Below are positions 46,836 to 55,746 of a stretch of DNA of 64,000 nt, in pieces. Both the position numbers and the translations under genes were made by a program. Source of the stretch: Patescibacteria group bacterium (lineage in GTDB: Bacteria; Patescibacteriota; Minisyncoccia; UBA6257; 2-01-FULL-56-20); the NCBI GenBank assembly GCA_018971305.1, contig JAGXBC010000002.1, positions 80,046-144,045 of the forward strand, in the 5' to 3' direction. Below the pieces are notes generated by a model that made no database searches, was not told the DNA's origin, and worked only from the letters and a program-made list of their open reading frames with translations. The number at the start of each line of letters is the position of its first letter. Positions within the stretch are counted from its first letter, which is position 1.

Positions 46836-48695
46836 ATGAACAATACAAAAGAAGGGCTGTTGGAAAATAAACCGACGGCCCTGCAACAAAAACTAGAACC
46901 CCAGAATCGCTATTGCCTCTACGCAAGGAAATCATCGGAGAGCGAGGAACGTCAGGCGCTATCCATCGACTCGCAGGTCAAAGAAATGTATAAGATCGCG
47001 GAACGCGATCATCTCCTGGTAATCGAAGTGCTGACTGAATCTCACTCCGCAAAAAGCACCGCCCAGCGTCCGGTGTTCAATCAGATGGTCGAGAACGTCA
47101 AGAACGGAAAGTACGACGCAATTCTCACGTGGGCGCCGGATCGTCTGAGCCGCAACGCGGGCGATCTGGGGCAGCTCGTCGATCTCATGGATAACGGTCG
47201 GCTCTCGGAGATCCGCACCTACGGCCAGCTCTTTAAGAACTCGCCGAACGAAAAATTCCTGCTCATGATTCTTTGCAGCCAAGCGAAACTCGAGAACGAC
47301 AACAAGGCGGAAAACGTGAAGCGTGGCCTCCGGGCAGCTTGTGAGCGCGGCTGGCGTCCTTGCGTACCGCCTATTGGTTATATGAGCGGAAACCGCAAGG
47401 ATCGCCCCGGGGAAGTTTTTCTCGATAAGGCGCGTGCGCCGATCTTAAGACTGTGCTTTGAGAAGGCCGCTGAGGGATGGTCGTCAAGGAGAATCGTGGT
47501 TTGGCTTCGCAGCATCAACTTCACAACCCCAAGCGGCGCGTATATGCCGTTGAGCGGCATACAGAAAATGCTCGCGAGCACCTATTATTACGGCATGTTC
47601 GAATATCCGGTGGGCAGCGGTAAATGGTACAAGGGCCATCATAAAGCCTTGATCACGAAGGATCTCTTCGATCGCGCACGAGCGCAGATTGACAGCCGCC
47701 GCACGGCGCGGCGAACTGAGCGGAAATCGTTTGGCTTTACCAAATTTTTGCATTGCGGCTTTTGCGGGTCCAACGTAACGGCAGAAGAACACTACAAAAA
47801 CCTGAAGGATGGATCTCAATCACGCTATATCTATTACGGATGTAATCGCACAAAAGGATTGACGTGTCCTAATGTATATATCCGCGAAGAGTTACTCGTG
47901 AAACAGCTCGCCAATATCATTGATCAAATATCGCTCGATGAACTGGGCATACGCAATCTCCTCGGCAACGAAACGGAACGGATGATGAGCTTCCATAATC
48001 AAGTGATGGGTATTCCGCGCGAGGCGATGACGCCGGAACAGAAAGATGTGGACATCAGGGAATACGCCAAGTATCTTCTCGCGAGGGGCAATATGGAAGA
48101 GAAGCGGATACTCCTCTGCAACCTCAAAAGCCGCCTCGTGCTACGGAACAGAGTAATATTTCTCGAAGAAGCAGACGGCATCTCATGGAAGGAATACTTC
48201 GGGCATCTGCGAAAGTGCCCCGAGTGCGGATCGAAGAACATCAATGAAAGCGGATCGCACGCGCATTGGAAATTCGGCGACGCGCCGATCGATGACACGC
48301 CACGCGTCATTTATTTCACCTGCATGGATTGCGAACGCTCTTGGAAGCAGGTCAACGAAGGCGACCTCCGGCTTTTGCGTGTCTACACCGTCGCGCTCGA
48401 GAAAAACGGAGCATGGATCAAGACGCCCGGCGAATCGGAGATTTTTGTCACGTCTACTTTTGTAGCCCGTTTTAGCGATCCAGTGGAATCCAGTGGGAAA
48501 AAGATACGGCCGAAACATATTCTGGGAGCAATGTCCTATGACGCCTACAAGAACGCTTATAAAACTACGATCGAATACGATGACGGAAGTGAACAGACAT
48601 TCGACATTCCGAGTCTTCGCGGACTTAAGAACCCAGGGGAAGGCATGAAGCCGATCGGCAACAAAGATGGCCTGATGGAATACGAAGAAAAATAG
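46836..48695 (+). CDS. large serine recombinase 2 with C-terminal Zn-ribbon extension
   Basis: YARKSS, WAPDRLSRNAGDLG, CGFCG..YYGC; extra CPECG..CMDC region. Confidence 0.93.
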   Translation: MNNTKEGLLENKPTALQQKLEPQNRYCLYARKSSESEERQALSIDSQVKEMYKIAERDHLLVIEVLTESHSAKSTAQRPVFNQMVENVKNGKYDAILTWAPDRLSRNAGDLGQLVDLMDNGRLSEIRTYGQLFKNSPNEKFLLMILCSQAKLENDNKAENVKRGLRAACERGWRPCVPPIGYMSGNRKDRPGEVFLDKARAPILRLCFEKAAEGWSSRRIVVWLRSINFTTPSGAYMPLSGIQKMLASTYYYGMFEYPVGSGKWYKGHHKALITKDLFDRARAQIDSRRTARRTERKSFGFTKFLHCGFCGSNVTAEEHYKNLKDGSQSRYIYYGCNRTKGLTCPNVYIREELLVKQLANIIDQISLDELGIRNLLGNETERMMSFHNQVMGIPREAMTPEQKDVDIREYAKYLLARGNMEEKRILLCNLKSRLVLRNRVIFLEEADGISWKEYFGHLRKCPECGSKNINESGSHAHWKFGDAPIDDTPRVIYFTCMDCERSWKQVNEGDLRLLRVYTVALEKNGAWIKTPGESEIFVTSTFVARFSDPVESSGKKIRPKHILGAMSYDAYKNAYKTTIEYDDGSEQTFDIPSLRGLKNPGEGMKPIGNKDGLMEYEEK

Positions 48696-48733
48696 ATCTC
48701 GTTATCTGGATATCTGTTGAACATCCTGTGCAT

Positions 48734-48800
48734 AAACCTGTCCAGATTTTGGACAGGTAGGTCAAACCTGTCCACTTTCTGGACGTCCAGAAAGTGGACA
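48734..48800. repeat. palindrome/direct-repeat cluster (TGTCCA/TGGACA)
   Basis: AAACCTGTCCA x2 (48734, 48764), 9-bp inverted repeat 48736-48758, perfect 32-bp palindrome 48769-48800. Confidence 0.85.
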
Positions 48801-48863
48801 CTACAAAAGAAACTTATATACAAAATAATTATAGCAATAAAAATTGTGGAAAACTCGGAAATA

Positions 48864-50342
48864 CTACACCCAGCAACTCCCGCCGTTGCTCTCCACCCAG
48901 TTTTTCCAGGTATCCCATGCCCGGTCGTTTTCTAGCCCTCCAATGGCATCAATAACCGCCATACTGAAGGCATCGGCAAGGTCATCGTGGTTTTCGATGC
49001 CGAATCCCGTAAGTTGAGAAATGAGTTCTTCCGCGCCGTGGCGTGGGAAAACAATTGTGCCGTTCTGGATAAGTTCTCCGGTAAGAGCCAGCCGCGATCT
49101 CTTATCCCCGGTATTCTTGATGCCTTCAACATTGCAGCCAGCTTCATTTACCGCCTGCACATAAATTTCTTGGAAGCCGTTCGATTCAACGATGAATTTT
49201 GGGCGTATATTCCCCGTTTTGAAATATTTGTCCATCGCCCGCATAGTACGCACCGCCTCCGGAAACGAAACCCGTTCATTGAAAGGGTTCGGAATGACGT
49301 ACAATCGCATATCATTCCCGTGGCCATATCTTTTTATTCCCACCATGGCCGTATAGTCGGCGCCGTCTCTTTGTGAGATTGCAAGATCGACGCCGATATG
49401 GACGTCTCGGCATTCAGTCGTAGGAAGTTCGTCATAATGTTTGATCCACTCCGGGAAGACCACCCGCGTATTGTCGGAAACGATATTCAAAAGATACTCC
49501 TGCTGCCAGGCGATCTCGTTTGCGACGCTATGCCGTAACTCATCGATTTTCTCTTTCGTATCGAACTTGCCCGGCCAGAGGCAGTCGCCGTGTTCGTCGA
49601 GAAGCGGGAACCATAAATAGACACCCCGCAATTCCTTCTCGAATATTTTCCGTTTCAACCGCATCATGAGTGAATCTTCGTGCAAAAGATTTCCCACGAT
49701 CACGATTCGTGTGCCAATGTCGCCCAAGGGTACCACTTCGCGTGTGAACCAATCGAATATCTTGTTTCGGCCCTCCAGCGTTTTCGTAGAGTTGATATCC
49801 TCAATATCGTCCAAGATGAGAAGGTCAGGGCGATGCTCGTAGTGGCGGAGGCCTCGGATACTCTGGTCGATAGAAGCGATCATGATTCTCGCCCCTGTAT
49901 TCTGGAATACGATCGAGGACATGGCCCACTCTCCGGCTGACTCCACGCGAAAAGGGCCGAGGTCGCTTTTGAGGAGCGGGTTGTTCTCTAGCTCTCGGCG
50001 AAGGTTTGCCATATGTTGCCGTGCCTGCGCCTGGGTTTGGCAAATGATAAGGACGAACTTCTTTTTCTGCACGCCGAGGATCGCCCACAACGCATACGAC
50101 AAAGTAATCAGGGTAGATTTGCCGCTGCCTCGAAACGCCACGATGCAAGCCAATCTATTCGACATATCCTCTGTGATTCGAAAAATATCTTTCTGAAATT
50201 CGGCTACCGGGTACTTGATGTAATGCGCGAGATAAACCGAAAAGAAGAGGAGATGGCTTTCGCGGGCAACTGCCTGACGCACGGCGCGGTCGTTCGCGAT
50301 TGCCTCAAGTAAATTATTTTGATTGTTCGTTGTCTGTTCCAT
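48864..50342 (-). CDS. phage terminase large subunit-like protein
   Basis: FRGSGKST Walker A, RG, LILDDIED, QEY, GVDLA, VESNGFQ, HDDLADA nuclease motifs. Confidence 0.9.
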   Translation of the reverse strand: MEQTTNNQNNLLEAIANDRAVRQAVARESHLLFFSVYLAHYIKYPVAEFQKDIFRITEDMSNRLACIVAFRGSGKSTLITLSYALWAILGVQKKKFVLIICQTQAQARQHMANLRRELENNPLLKSDLGPFRVESAGEWAMSSIVFQNTGARIMIASIDQSIRGLRHYEHRPDLLILDDIEDINSTKTLEGRNKIFDWFTREVVPLGDIGTRIVIVGNLLHEDSLMMRLKRKIFEKELRGVYLWFPLLDEHGDCLWPGKFDTKEKIDELRHSVANEIAWQQEYLLNIVSDNTRVVFPEWIKHYDELPTTECRDVHIGVDLAISQRDGADYTAMVGIKRYGHGNDMRLYVIPNPFNERVSFPEAVRTMRAMDKYFKTGNIRPKFIVESNGFQEIYVQAVNEAGCNVEGIKNTGDKRSRLALTGELIQNGTIVFPRHGAEELISQLTGFGIENHDDLADAFSMAVIDAIGGLENDRAWDTWKNWVESNGGSCWV

Positions 50343-50763
50343 GATTTTCAAGATTTATGTTTGCAAGTTCAAGAGCTTTTCGCACCAACTCCTTTTGTTC
50401 AGGAGAAAGTTCTTGGATCGTATTTATGGTTCCCTCGATCTCAAGTTTTGGAGCGTACTTTGGATGGTGATGCCGGAGCCAGAGTTGTACAGCGGGAAAA
50501 TGCTTGTCGCGGACGAGAGAGATGAGTTGGGATTCAGACATGTCGGTAATCAAAGCCTCGCCTTCGGCGATTGCTTTTTCTGCATCCTTCAGAAATTCTT
50601 TGTCCTCGTCCCGCCAGTTGTAGTACGTGGAACGGGAAAGTTGCGCCCGTTCAAGCGCGACCTGCAGAATCGGCATTTTGCGGAATTGATCGAGCAAAGA
50701 TGCCTTGTCTTTTGCCATCCGTTCCGCAATCGCCTTGTTCCAATTTTCCCGAGTATCACTCAT
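50314..50763 (-). CDS. terminase small subunit-like HTH protein
   Basis: A....LSRSTYYNW..D..F HTH, A...WL motif; directly upstream of the large subunit. Confidence 0.72.
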   Translation of the reverse strand: MSDTRENWNKAIAERMAKDKASLLDQFRKMPILQVALERAQLSRSTYYNWRDEDKEFLKDAEKAIAEGEALITDMSESQLISLVRDKHFPAVQLWLRHHHPKYAPKLEIEGTINTIQELSPEQKELVRKALELANINLENHGTDNEQSK

Positions 50764-52090
50764 TGATCTTCGTGGCTTTGAGGCCCGTTAGTTTCTCGAA
50801 TCGACGCTTGATGACTTCGGCATAGACCGGAGATTTCTCCATGAGACGGCACCGGCGCTTCATCTTCTCGCAGGCGATAAGTGTCGATCCGCTTCCGCCG
50901 AAGGGCTCGATAACGATATCGTCCCGTTTCGTGAGTACTTTGAGGTACGGAATGAGAATCTGAATGGGCTTCGTACCGAAGATGATTCCTTGGCCGGACG
51001 ATTTTTCATCTGCCGCAACATACTCGATGAAATCGGTCGGGCAGATTTTCTTGCCCTTTTCGTACCCTTCCCACTGTGGCTTGCCGGAGGTGGCATAGAG
51101 AGCATTCTCGTATTCCTCTTGGAAAAGAGAATCGGATTCTGGCTCAAGGTTCAACGCAACCTCGCCTTGTGTACCAACGACCGCAATGTCGTTCTTGTTG
51201 AAGAATTTGTACTTCGCCGCAAATCCTTGCACGCGATTCGGCAGGTGCCAGGCGATCGTGTTGCGGTACTTCCAGTGTTTCTCGAGCGCATTCCAAATCG
51301 TGCGGAGATTTTTCGGATGCTCGAAGATGATGATCGAGAAATCCGGTTTCTGGATCTTCGCCACATTCGCCATCCAAAGATCGGAGAAGTTTTCCGGCAA
51401 CTCATCGGTTTCGAGGTATTTGCGATCACGCTTCAAGCCGAAGCCTTCTGTGGCTTTTCCATTCCGCTTCTTGCCATGAAGATAATCCAGGATATACGGA
51501 GGATCGGTGAAACACATGTCCGCTTTTTTCTCGCCCATCAGTTTCAGAACATCGGCCTCGACCGTGGAATCACCGCACATCAATCGGTGCTCGCCCAACT
51601 GCCATAGATCTCCTTTCTGCGTTTCTATTTTCCCGATCTGCAATTTCTGTAATTCTTTCGCGAGATCGAATTCTTCGGGATGTTCGTCGATGCCAAAAAT
51701 CTCATCCATTTCTTCCGACGAGAAGCCGACATCTTTCAGGAATTCCTCGCTGAAGTTCGCGAGCAGGTCCCAATCAAACTCTCCGGTATTTTTGTTGAGT
51801 CGGATATTCAACTCTTGTTCCTGCTTTATGTCTGGAATATTGATGTAGACCGCAGGCACCCTCTCCATCCCGAGTTCCTTCAGAACTTCGAGGCGGAAAT
51901 GGCCTCCGATCACGACGTTTTCTCGACCTGGGGCGCAGTTGACCACAAGCGGATCAACGACCCCGAAGCGGCTGATTGATTCTTTGAGCTGGTCCGCGGC
52001 CGCTTTGTCGTGTTTGCGCGGATTGTACTCAGCAGGCTTCAGGCCTGCGGCTGGCACATACTCGATGTGCAATGGCATGGTGTTTTTCAT
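50756..52090 (-). CDS. ParB-N domain fused to N6/N4 DNA methyltransferase
   Basis: YNPR, GGHFR, N..LNK; LGEHRLMCGDST, TDPPY, TKP, EPFGGSGSTLIA. Confidence 0.92.
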   Translation of the reverse strand: MKNTMPLHIEYVPAAGLKPAEYNPRKHDKAAADQLKESISRFGVVDPLVVNCAPGRENVVIGGHFRLEVLKELGMERVPAVYINIPDIKQEQELNIRLNKNTGEFDWDLLANFSEEFLKDVGFSSEEMDEIFGIDEHPEEFDLAKELQKLQIGKIETQKGDLWQLGEHRLMCGDSTVEADVLKLMGEKKADMCFTDPPYILDYLHGKKRNGKATEGFGLKRDRKYLETDELPENFSDLWMANVAKIQKPDFSIIIFEHPKNLRTIWNALEKHWKYRNTIAWHLPNRVQGFAAKYKFFNKNDIAVVGTQGEVALNLEPESDSLFQEEYENALYATSGKPQWEGYEKGKKICPTDFIEYVAADEKSSGQGIIFGTKPIQILIPYLKVLTKRDDIVIEPFGGSGSTLIACEKMKRRCRLMEKSPVYAEVIKRRFEKLTGLKATKINE

Positions 52091-52130
52091 GCTTTTAATT
52101 AGTTTATTTTTCGACTTTTTTGTAGGCAAC

Positions 52131-52184
52131 GAAAAACGCCCAGACACGCATCCGTACCCTTGTACAGATGAATGTCTGGGCGTT
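52131..52184 (-). promoter_or_regulatory. long hairpin (terminator/attenuator-like) upstream of the methylase
   Basis: AACGCCCAGACA (52135-52146) / TGTCTGGGCGTT (52173-52184) with inner CATC/GATG and GTAC/GTAC stems; T-run on the minus strand. Confidence 0.7.
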
Positions 52185-52216
52185 CCAGACGATGCTCGAT
52201 TCAGTTGTTAACTGCC

Positions 52217-52513
52217 CTACACAGGAAAGTATACCATGGCCTCCTCCCAATACTCAAGCTGCCCATTCTCGTTCACGAACCGCATCCCGCCGGTCACATG
52301 GATAAAGTTGAAGCCCCGGTGGCAGACGGGACAGGCGATGTCGAGGCTGCCGTCGCGGAACTCCGTCTTCACAACCGACTTCTGCCCGCGGTGGAACTTC
52401 ACGATCTCGAATTCCCGGATGCCCGTGCGGCGGACGAGCGGGACCCCGCAGTCGCAGACGAAGAGATTGCCGACGGGCATGGCCTTCCCTGAAGTTGGTG
52501 CTAGTTTCTCCAT
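52217..52513 (-). CDS. small Cys-rich zinc-ribbon protein
   Basis: VCDCG...DIACPVC; TGGTATAAT 6 nt before the ATG. Confidence 0.6.
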   Translation of the reverse strand: MEKLAPTSGKAMPVGNLFVCDCGVPLVRRTGIREFEIVKFHRGQKSVVKTEFRDGSLDIACPVCHRGFNFIHVTGGMRFVNENGQLEYWEEAMVYFPV

Positions 52514-52657
52514 GCCTGCATTATACCAAACAAGAGCCCGTTTTCCTTCAATTTTGATCCCGCCGGAATATATTTTTGCAGTGGCTGGCGTGGACAATTT
52601 AATGACCTACCCTCGGTGGGACGTTATGCCTTCCAATTTATTCGATTTCGGATTATT

Positions 52658-52673
52658 GTCATAAAATCGTCAT
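52658..52673 (+). promoter_or_regulatory. OmpR/PhoB-type direct-repeat box 1
   Basis: GTCAT-N6-GTCAT (11-bp period) upstream of the response regulator. Confidence 0.65.
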
Positions 52674-52695
52674 CTTTGAGAGTCATATTGTAACC

Positions 52696-53367
52696 ATGAA
52701 AGTCCTCATCGTAGAAGACAACGAAAAATTAGCTCAATCGCTTAAGCGCGGCCTTGAACAGGAAGGCTTCTCTGCCGACTACCTTCTCGACGGCGAATCA
52801 GGACAAAGAAGAATCGAAACCAAGTCTGATGCCTACAACGCAGTCGTATTGGACATTATGCTTCCCCAAAAAGACGGACTCGCGGTTTGCAGGGATTTGC
52901 GTGCGCAAAATATTTCCATACCGATTCTTATGCTCACCGCAAAGGACACCATCCCCGACAAGATCACCGGCCTCAACGTCGGCGCAGACGATTATCTCGT
53001 AAAGCCGTTCTCCTTCGACGAACTCGTGGCTCGATTGCACGTATTGATGCGCCGCACCCGTTCCGTGTATACCCATGAGTTGAATCTGAACAACGTCCGC
53101 CTGAACCCCCTCACGCGCCGCGTGTTCAAAAACGATAAGGAGATTAAATTGACTCAGAAAGAATTCGCCATCTTGGCTTACTTTATGCGGAATCCCGACA
53201 GAGTTCTCAACCGACAAGAGATTCTTGATCACGTATGGGATTATGATTTCACGACCTTCAGCAATCTTGTGGACGTGAAAATAAAAAACCTGCGCAAGAA
53301 AATCGATCCGAAAGGAAAAATCATCGAAACCGTATGGAACGTGGGGTACCGGTTCAATAAACAATAG
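52696..53367 (+). CDS. OmpR/PhoB-family response regulator
   Basis: LIVED, LDIMLP..DG, LTAK, GADDYLVKPF, winged helix IETV..VGY. Confidence 0.96.
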   Translation: MKVLIVEDNEKLAQSLKRGLEQEGFSADYLLDGESGQRRIETKSDAYNAVVLDIMLPQKDGLAVCRDLRAQNISIPILMLTAKDTIPDKITGLNVGADDYLVKPFSFDELVARLHVLMRRTRSVYTHELNLNNVRLNPLTRRVFKNDKEIKLTQKEFAILAYFMRNPDRVLNRQEILDHVWDYDFTTFSNLVDVKIKNLRKKIDPKGKIIETVWNVGYRFNKQ

Positions 53368-53369
53368 CT

Positions 53370-54332
53370 ATGTTCAAGAAAGCCAGACTCAAGCTCACTG
53401 CCTTTTATCTTCTCATCATCGTCGTGATCATCACGGCGTTCAGCTTGCTGCTATTCCGCTATACCGCCCAGCATCTGCGTGACAACATGGAAGAGGACTC
53501 TTCCCAGCGAGTCGCCGTTCTTGAACGGACAATCGGCGAACTGGGCTATGCCATCATCATCGCGGATGGCATCGTCATCGCATTTGCGGGACTTTTGAGC
53601 TACTGGCTTGCCGGAAGGACGTTGGAGCCGATTGGTGTTGCGCTTGAGGCGCAGGAGCAATTCAGCGCCAATGCTTCTCATGAATTGCGCACTCCCTTGT
53701 CCGTAGTAAAAAACGACGTCGAGGTTTTCTTGAAGAAACAACAGCCGACGATGGAGGATGCCAAAGCGGTTGCTTCGCGCAGTCTTGAAGAAATAGACCG
53801 CATGAGCGGCATGGTCGAAAACTTGCTCACGCTCGCACGCAGCAAGAAAACCGATGTTCCCATCGAACTTGAAGAAACCAATGTGGCAAAAGCCATAGAT
53901 GTCGCCGTGAAAAAACTCCAGCGTTCAGCCGAAGCCAAGCACTTATCGCTTGTCGTCAAAAAAGAAAACGTCGCCCTTGTGCTGGGTAACGAACGGCTGC
54001 TTGAACAATTATTTTTCAATCTGATCCAGAATGCCATCACGTATACCAAAGAAGGAAGTGTTACGGTGGCCATCACGGCTTCAAAAGTCGTTACCGTTCA
54101 AGTTGCAGATACCGGCATCGGCATTGATCAAAAAGAGCTCGGACACATTTTCGAGCCGTTTTATAAAGCGGATGCATCTCGTACCTCACGTTCCAATGGG
54201 GTTGGCCTCGGACTCGCGATCGTGAAAGAGATTGTCGATAAACATAAAGGATCCATCCAGGTCGAGAGCGCACCGGGCAAGGGCACCGAGGTTACGGTTA
54301 CGTTCCCTTTGTGGGATGAAAAGGCGTCATAG
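53370..54332 (+). CDS. sensor histidine kinase with minimal sensor loop
   Basis: two TMs, ASHELRTPL, NLIQNA, DTGIG, GLGLAI. Confidence 0.95.
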   Translation: MFKKARLKLTAFYLLIIVVIITAFSLLLFRYTAQHLRDNMEEDSSQRVAVLERTIGELGYAIIIADGIVIAFAGLLSYWLAGRTLEPIGVALEAQEQFSANASHELRTPLSVVKNDVEVFLKKQQPTMEDAKAVASRSLEEIDRMSGMVENLLTLARSKKTDVPIELEETNVAKAIDVAVKKLQRSAEAKHLSLVVKKENVALVLGNERLLEQLFFNLIQNAITYTKEGSVTVAITASKVVTVQVADTGIGIDQKELGHIFEPFYKADASRTSRSNGVGLGLAIVKEIVDKHKGSIQVESAPGKGTEVTVTFPLWDEKAS

Positions 54333-54341
54333 TTCTGTCAT
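54326..54341 (+). promoter_or_regulatory. OmpR/PhoB-type direct-repeat box 2
   Basis: GTCAT-AGTTCT-GTCAT upstream of the 54420 ORF. Confidence 0.6.
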
Positions 54342-54419
54342 ATCCATCCTATAGGGTTAAAAATATATGCCTTTCGGTCGATAGGCATATATTATCAAAC
54401 AACTATCAACTTTTATGAT

Positions 54420-54764
54420 ATGAATAAAAAATTATTGATGCTCGTCGGACTCATCGCTCTCGTCGTTGGCGGAGCGAGCACTATCGCGTTTCAATCCCAC
54501 GCGCAGAAAGCGTCGGATCAATCGGGAACTACCGACACTTCGACCGTGACGGCCGCGCCGTCGCAGGAAAATAAAGCGGGCGATACCGATAATATCCAAG
54601 ACCAAAAAGGAGGCCCAGAAAAACCCGATGCCGCAATCTCGGAGAACGCTGACAAGGAAACTAACGACAGCCAGGATGCCACCTCGACGGTAAAACAAAG
54701 CGATTCACAGGATCACGGCGAAAGCAACGCTACCAGTACCGGTGAAACGGAAAACGGCGATTAG
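54420..54764 (+). CDS. secreted acidic low-complexity protein
   Basis: signal peptide ending SHA; D/E/T/S-rich disordered body. Confidence 0.7.
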   Translation: MNKKLLMLVGLIALVVGGASTIAFQSHAQKASDQSGTTDTSTVTAAPSQENKAGDTDNIQDQKGGPEKPDAAISENADKETNDSQDATSTVKQSDSQDHGESNATSTGETENGD

Positions 54765-54780
54765 CGAATCACTGAAATCA

Positions 54781-54811
54781 GAAAGCCCCGGCGGGAGCCG
54801 GGGCTTTTCTT
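54781..54811 (+). terminator. intrinsic terminator
   Basis: AAAGCCCCGGC-GGGA-GCCGGGGCTTTT. Confidence 0.85.
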
Positions 54812-54833
54812 ATCCCGCAGACCTTAAAGAATT

Positions 54834-54849
54834 GTCATAAATGCGTCAT
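54834..54849 (+). promoter_or_regulatory. OmpR/PhoB-type direct-repeat box 3
   Basis: GTCAT-AAATGC-GTCAT upstream of the DUF347 gene; near-identical to box 1. Confidence 0.65.
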
Positions 54850-54909
54850 TTCTAACTGTGAAGATAAAGGAGTCGTTATCTTATTATAAAAAACCAATAA
54901 AAAAATTTT

Positions 54910-55734
54910 ATGCCAGAAAGCCATACTGCGTCCTCGGTCGGCCATCAACTATTGCGGAAGGTTCCGCAAATCACGATCTTCTTTTGGATAATTAAAGTCC
55001 TCTGCACAACCGTTGGTGAAACCGCTGCGGATTTTTTGAGCACGAGCCTTAATCTCGGGCTGACTACGACCACGTGGATCATGAGCGCGCTCTTGATCTT
55101 CGTGTTGTTTTTCCAGTTCAAATCAAAAAAATACGTACCGGGGCTCTACTGGCTCGTGGTCGTTCTGATCAGCATCGTCGGCACCCAAATTACCGACAAC
55201 CTAACGGATAATTTGGGAGTTTCCCTAGCGACAACGACCATCATCTTCAGTATTGTCTTGGCAGTGGTTTTCGCGGTATGGTTCCTGATCGAAAAAACCT
55301 TGTCGATCCACTCGATTTATACGAGGCAACGAGAGGCATTCTACTGGTTAGCCATTCTCTTCACCTTCGCGGTGGGCACGGCAGCAGGAGATCTTGTGGC
55401 GGAAAAATTCGCCCTTGGATACCTTACGGCGCTAGGCATATTCGCCGGTTTGATTACAGTCGTGACTGCCGCGCATTATATCTTTAAAGCTATCTTGGGT
55501 ATGGAGCATAGGCATTTTTCCAGGAACGCAGTCTTGGCTTTCTGGCTGGCCTATATTCTGACGCGTCCTCTCGGTGCTTCAATCGGCGATTATCTCTCGC
55601 AAGCTCAAAGCGATGGTGGTCTAGGATTAGGAACTGTTGTGACCAGCGCAATCTTCCTTGGAGCAATTTTGATTACCGTTATCTACCTTACCGTCACGAA
55701 AAAAGACGTGGACAAGACTAAGGAACTGGCGTGA
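54910..55734 (+). CDS. DUF347/COG4705 repeat membrane protein
   Basis: KVP.IT..FW..K...TTVGET.AD, GTAAGD, FWLAYILTRPLGASIGD. Confidence 0.88.
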   Translation: MPESHTASSVGHQLLRKVPQITIFFWIIKVLCTTVGETAADFLSTSLNLGLTTTTWIMSALLIFVLFFQFKSKKYVPGLYWLVVVLISIVGTQITDNLTDNLGVSLATTTIIFSIVLAVVFAVWFLIEKTLSIHSIYTRQREAFYWLAILFTFAVGTAAGDLVAEKFALGYLTALGIFAGLITVVTAAHYIFKAILGMEHRHFSRNAVLAFWLAYILTRPLGASIGDYLSQAQSDGGLGLGTVVTSAIFLGAILITVIYLTVTKKDVDKTKELA

Positions 55735-55746
55735 GAACTAACATAA

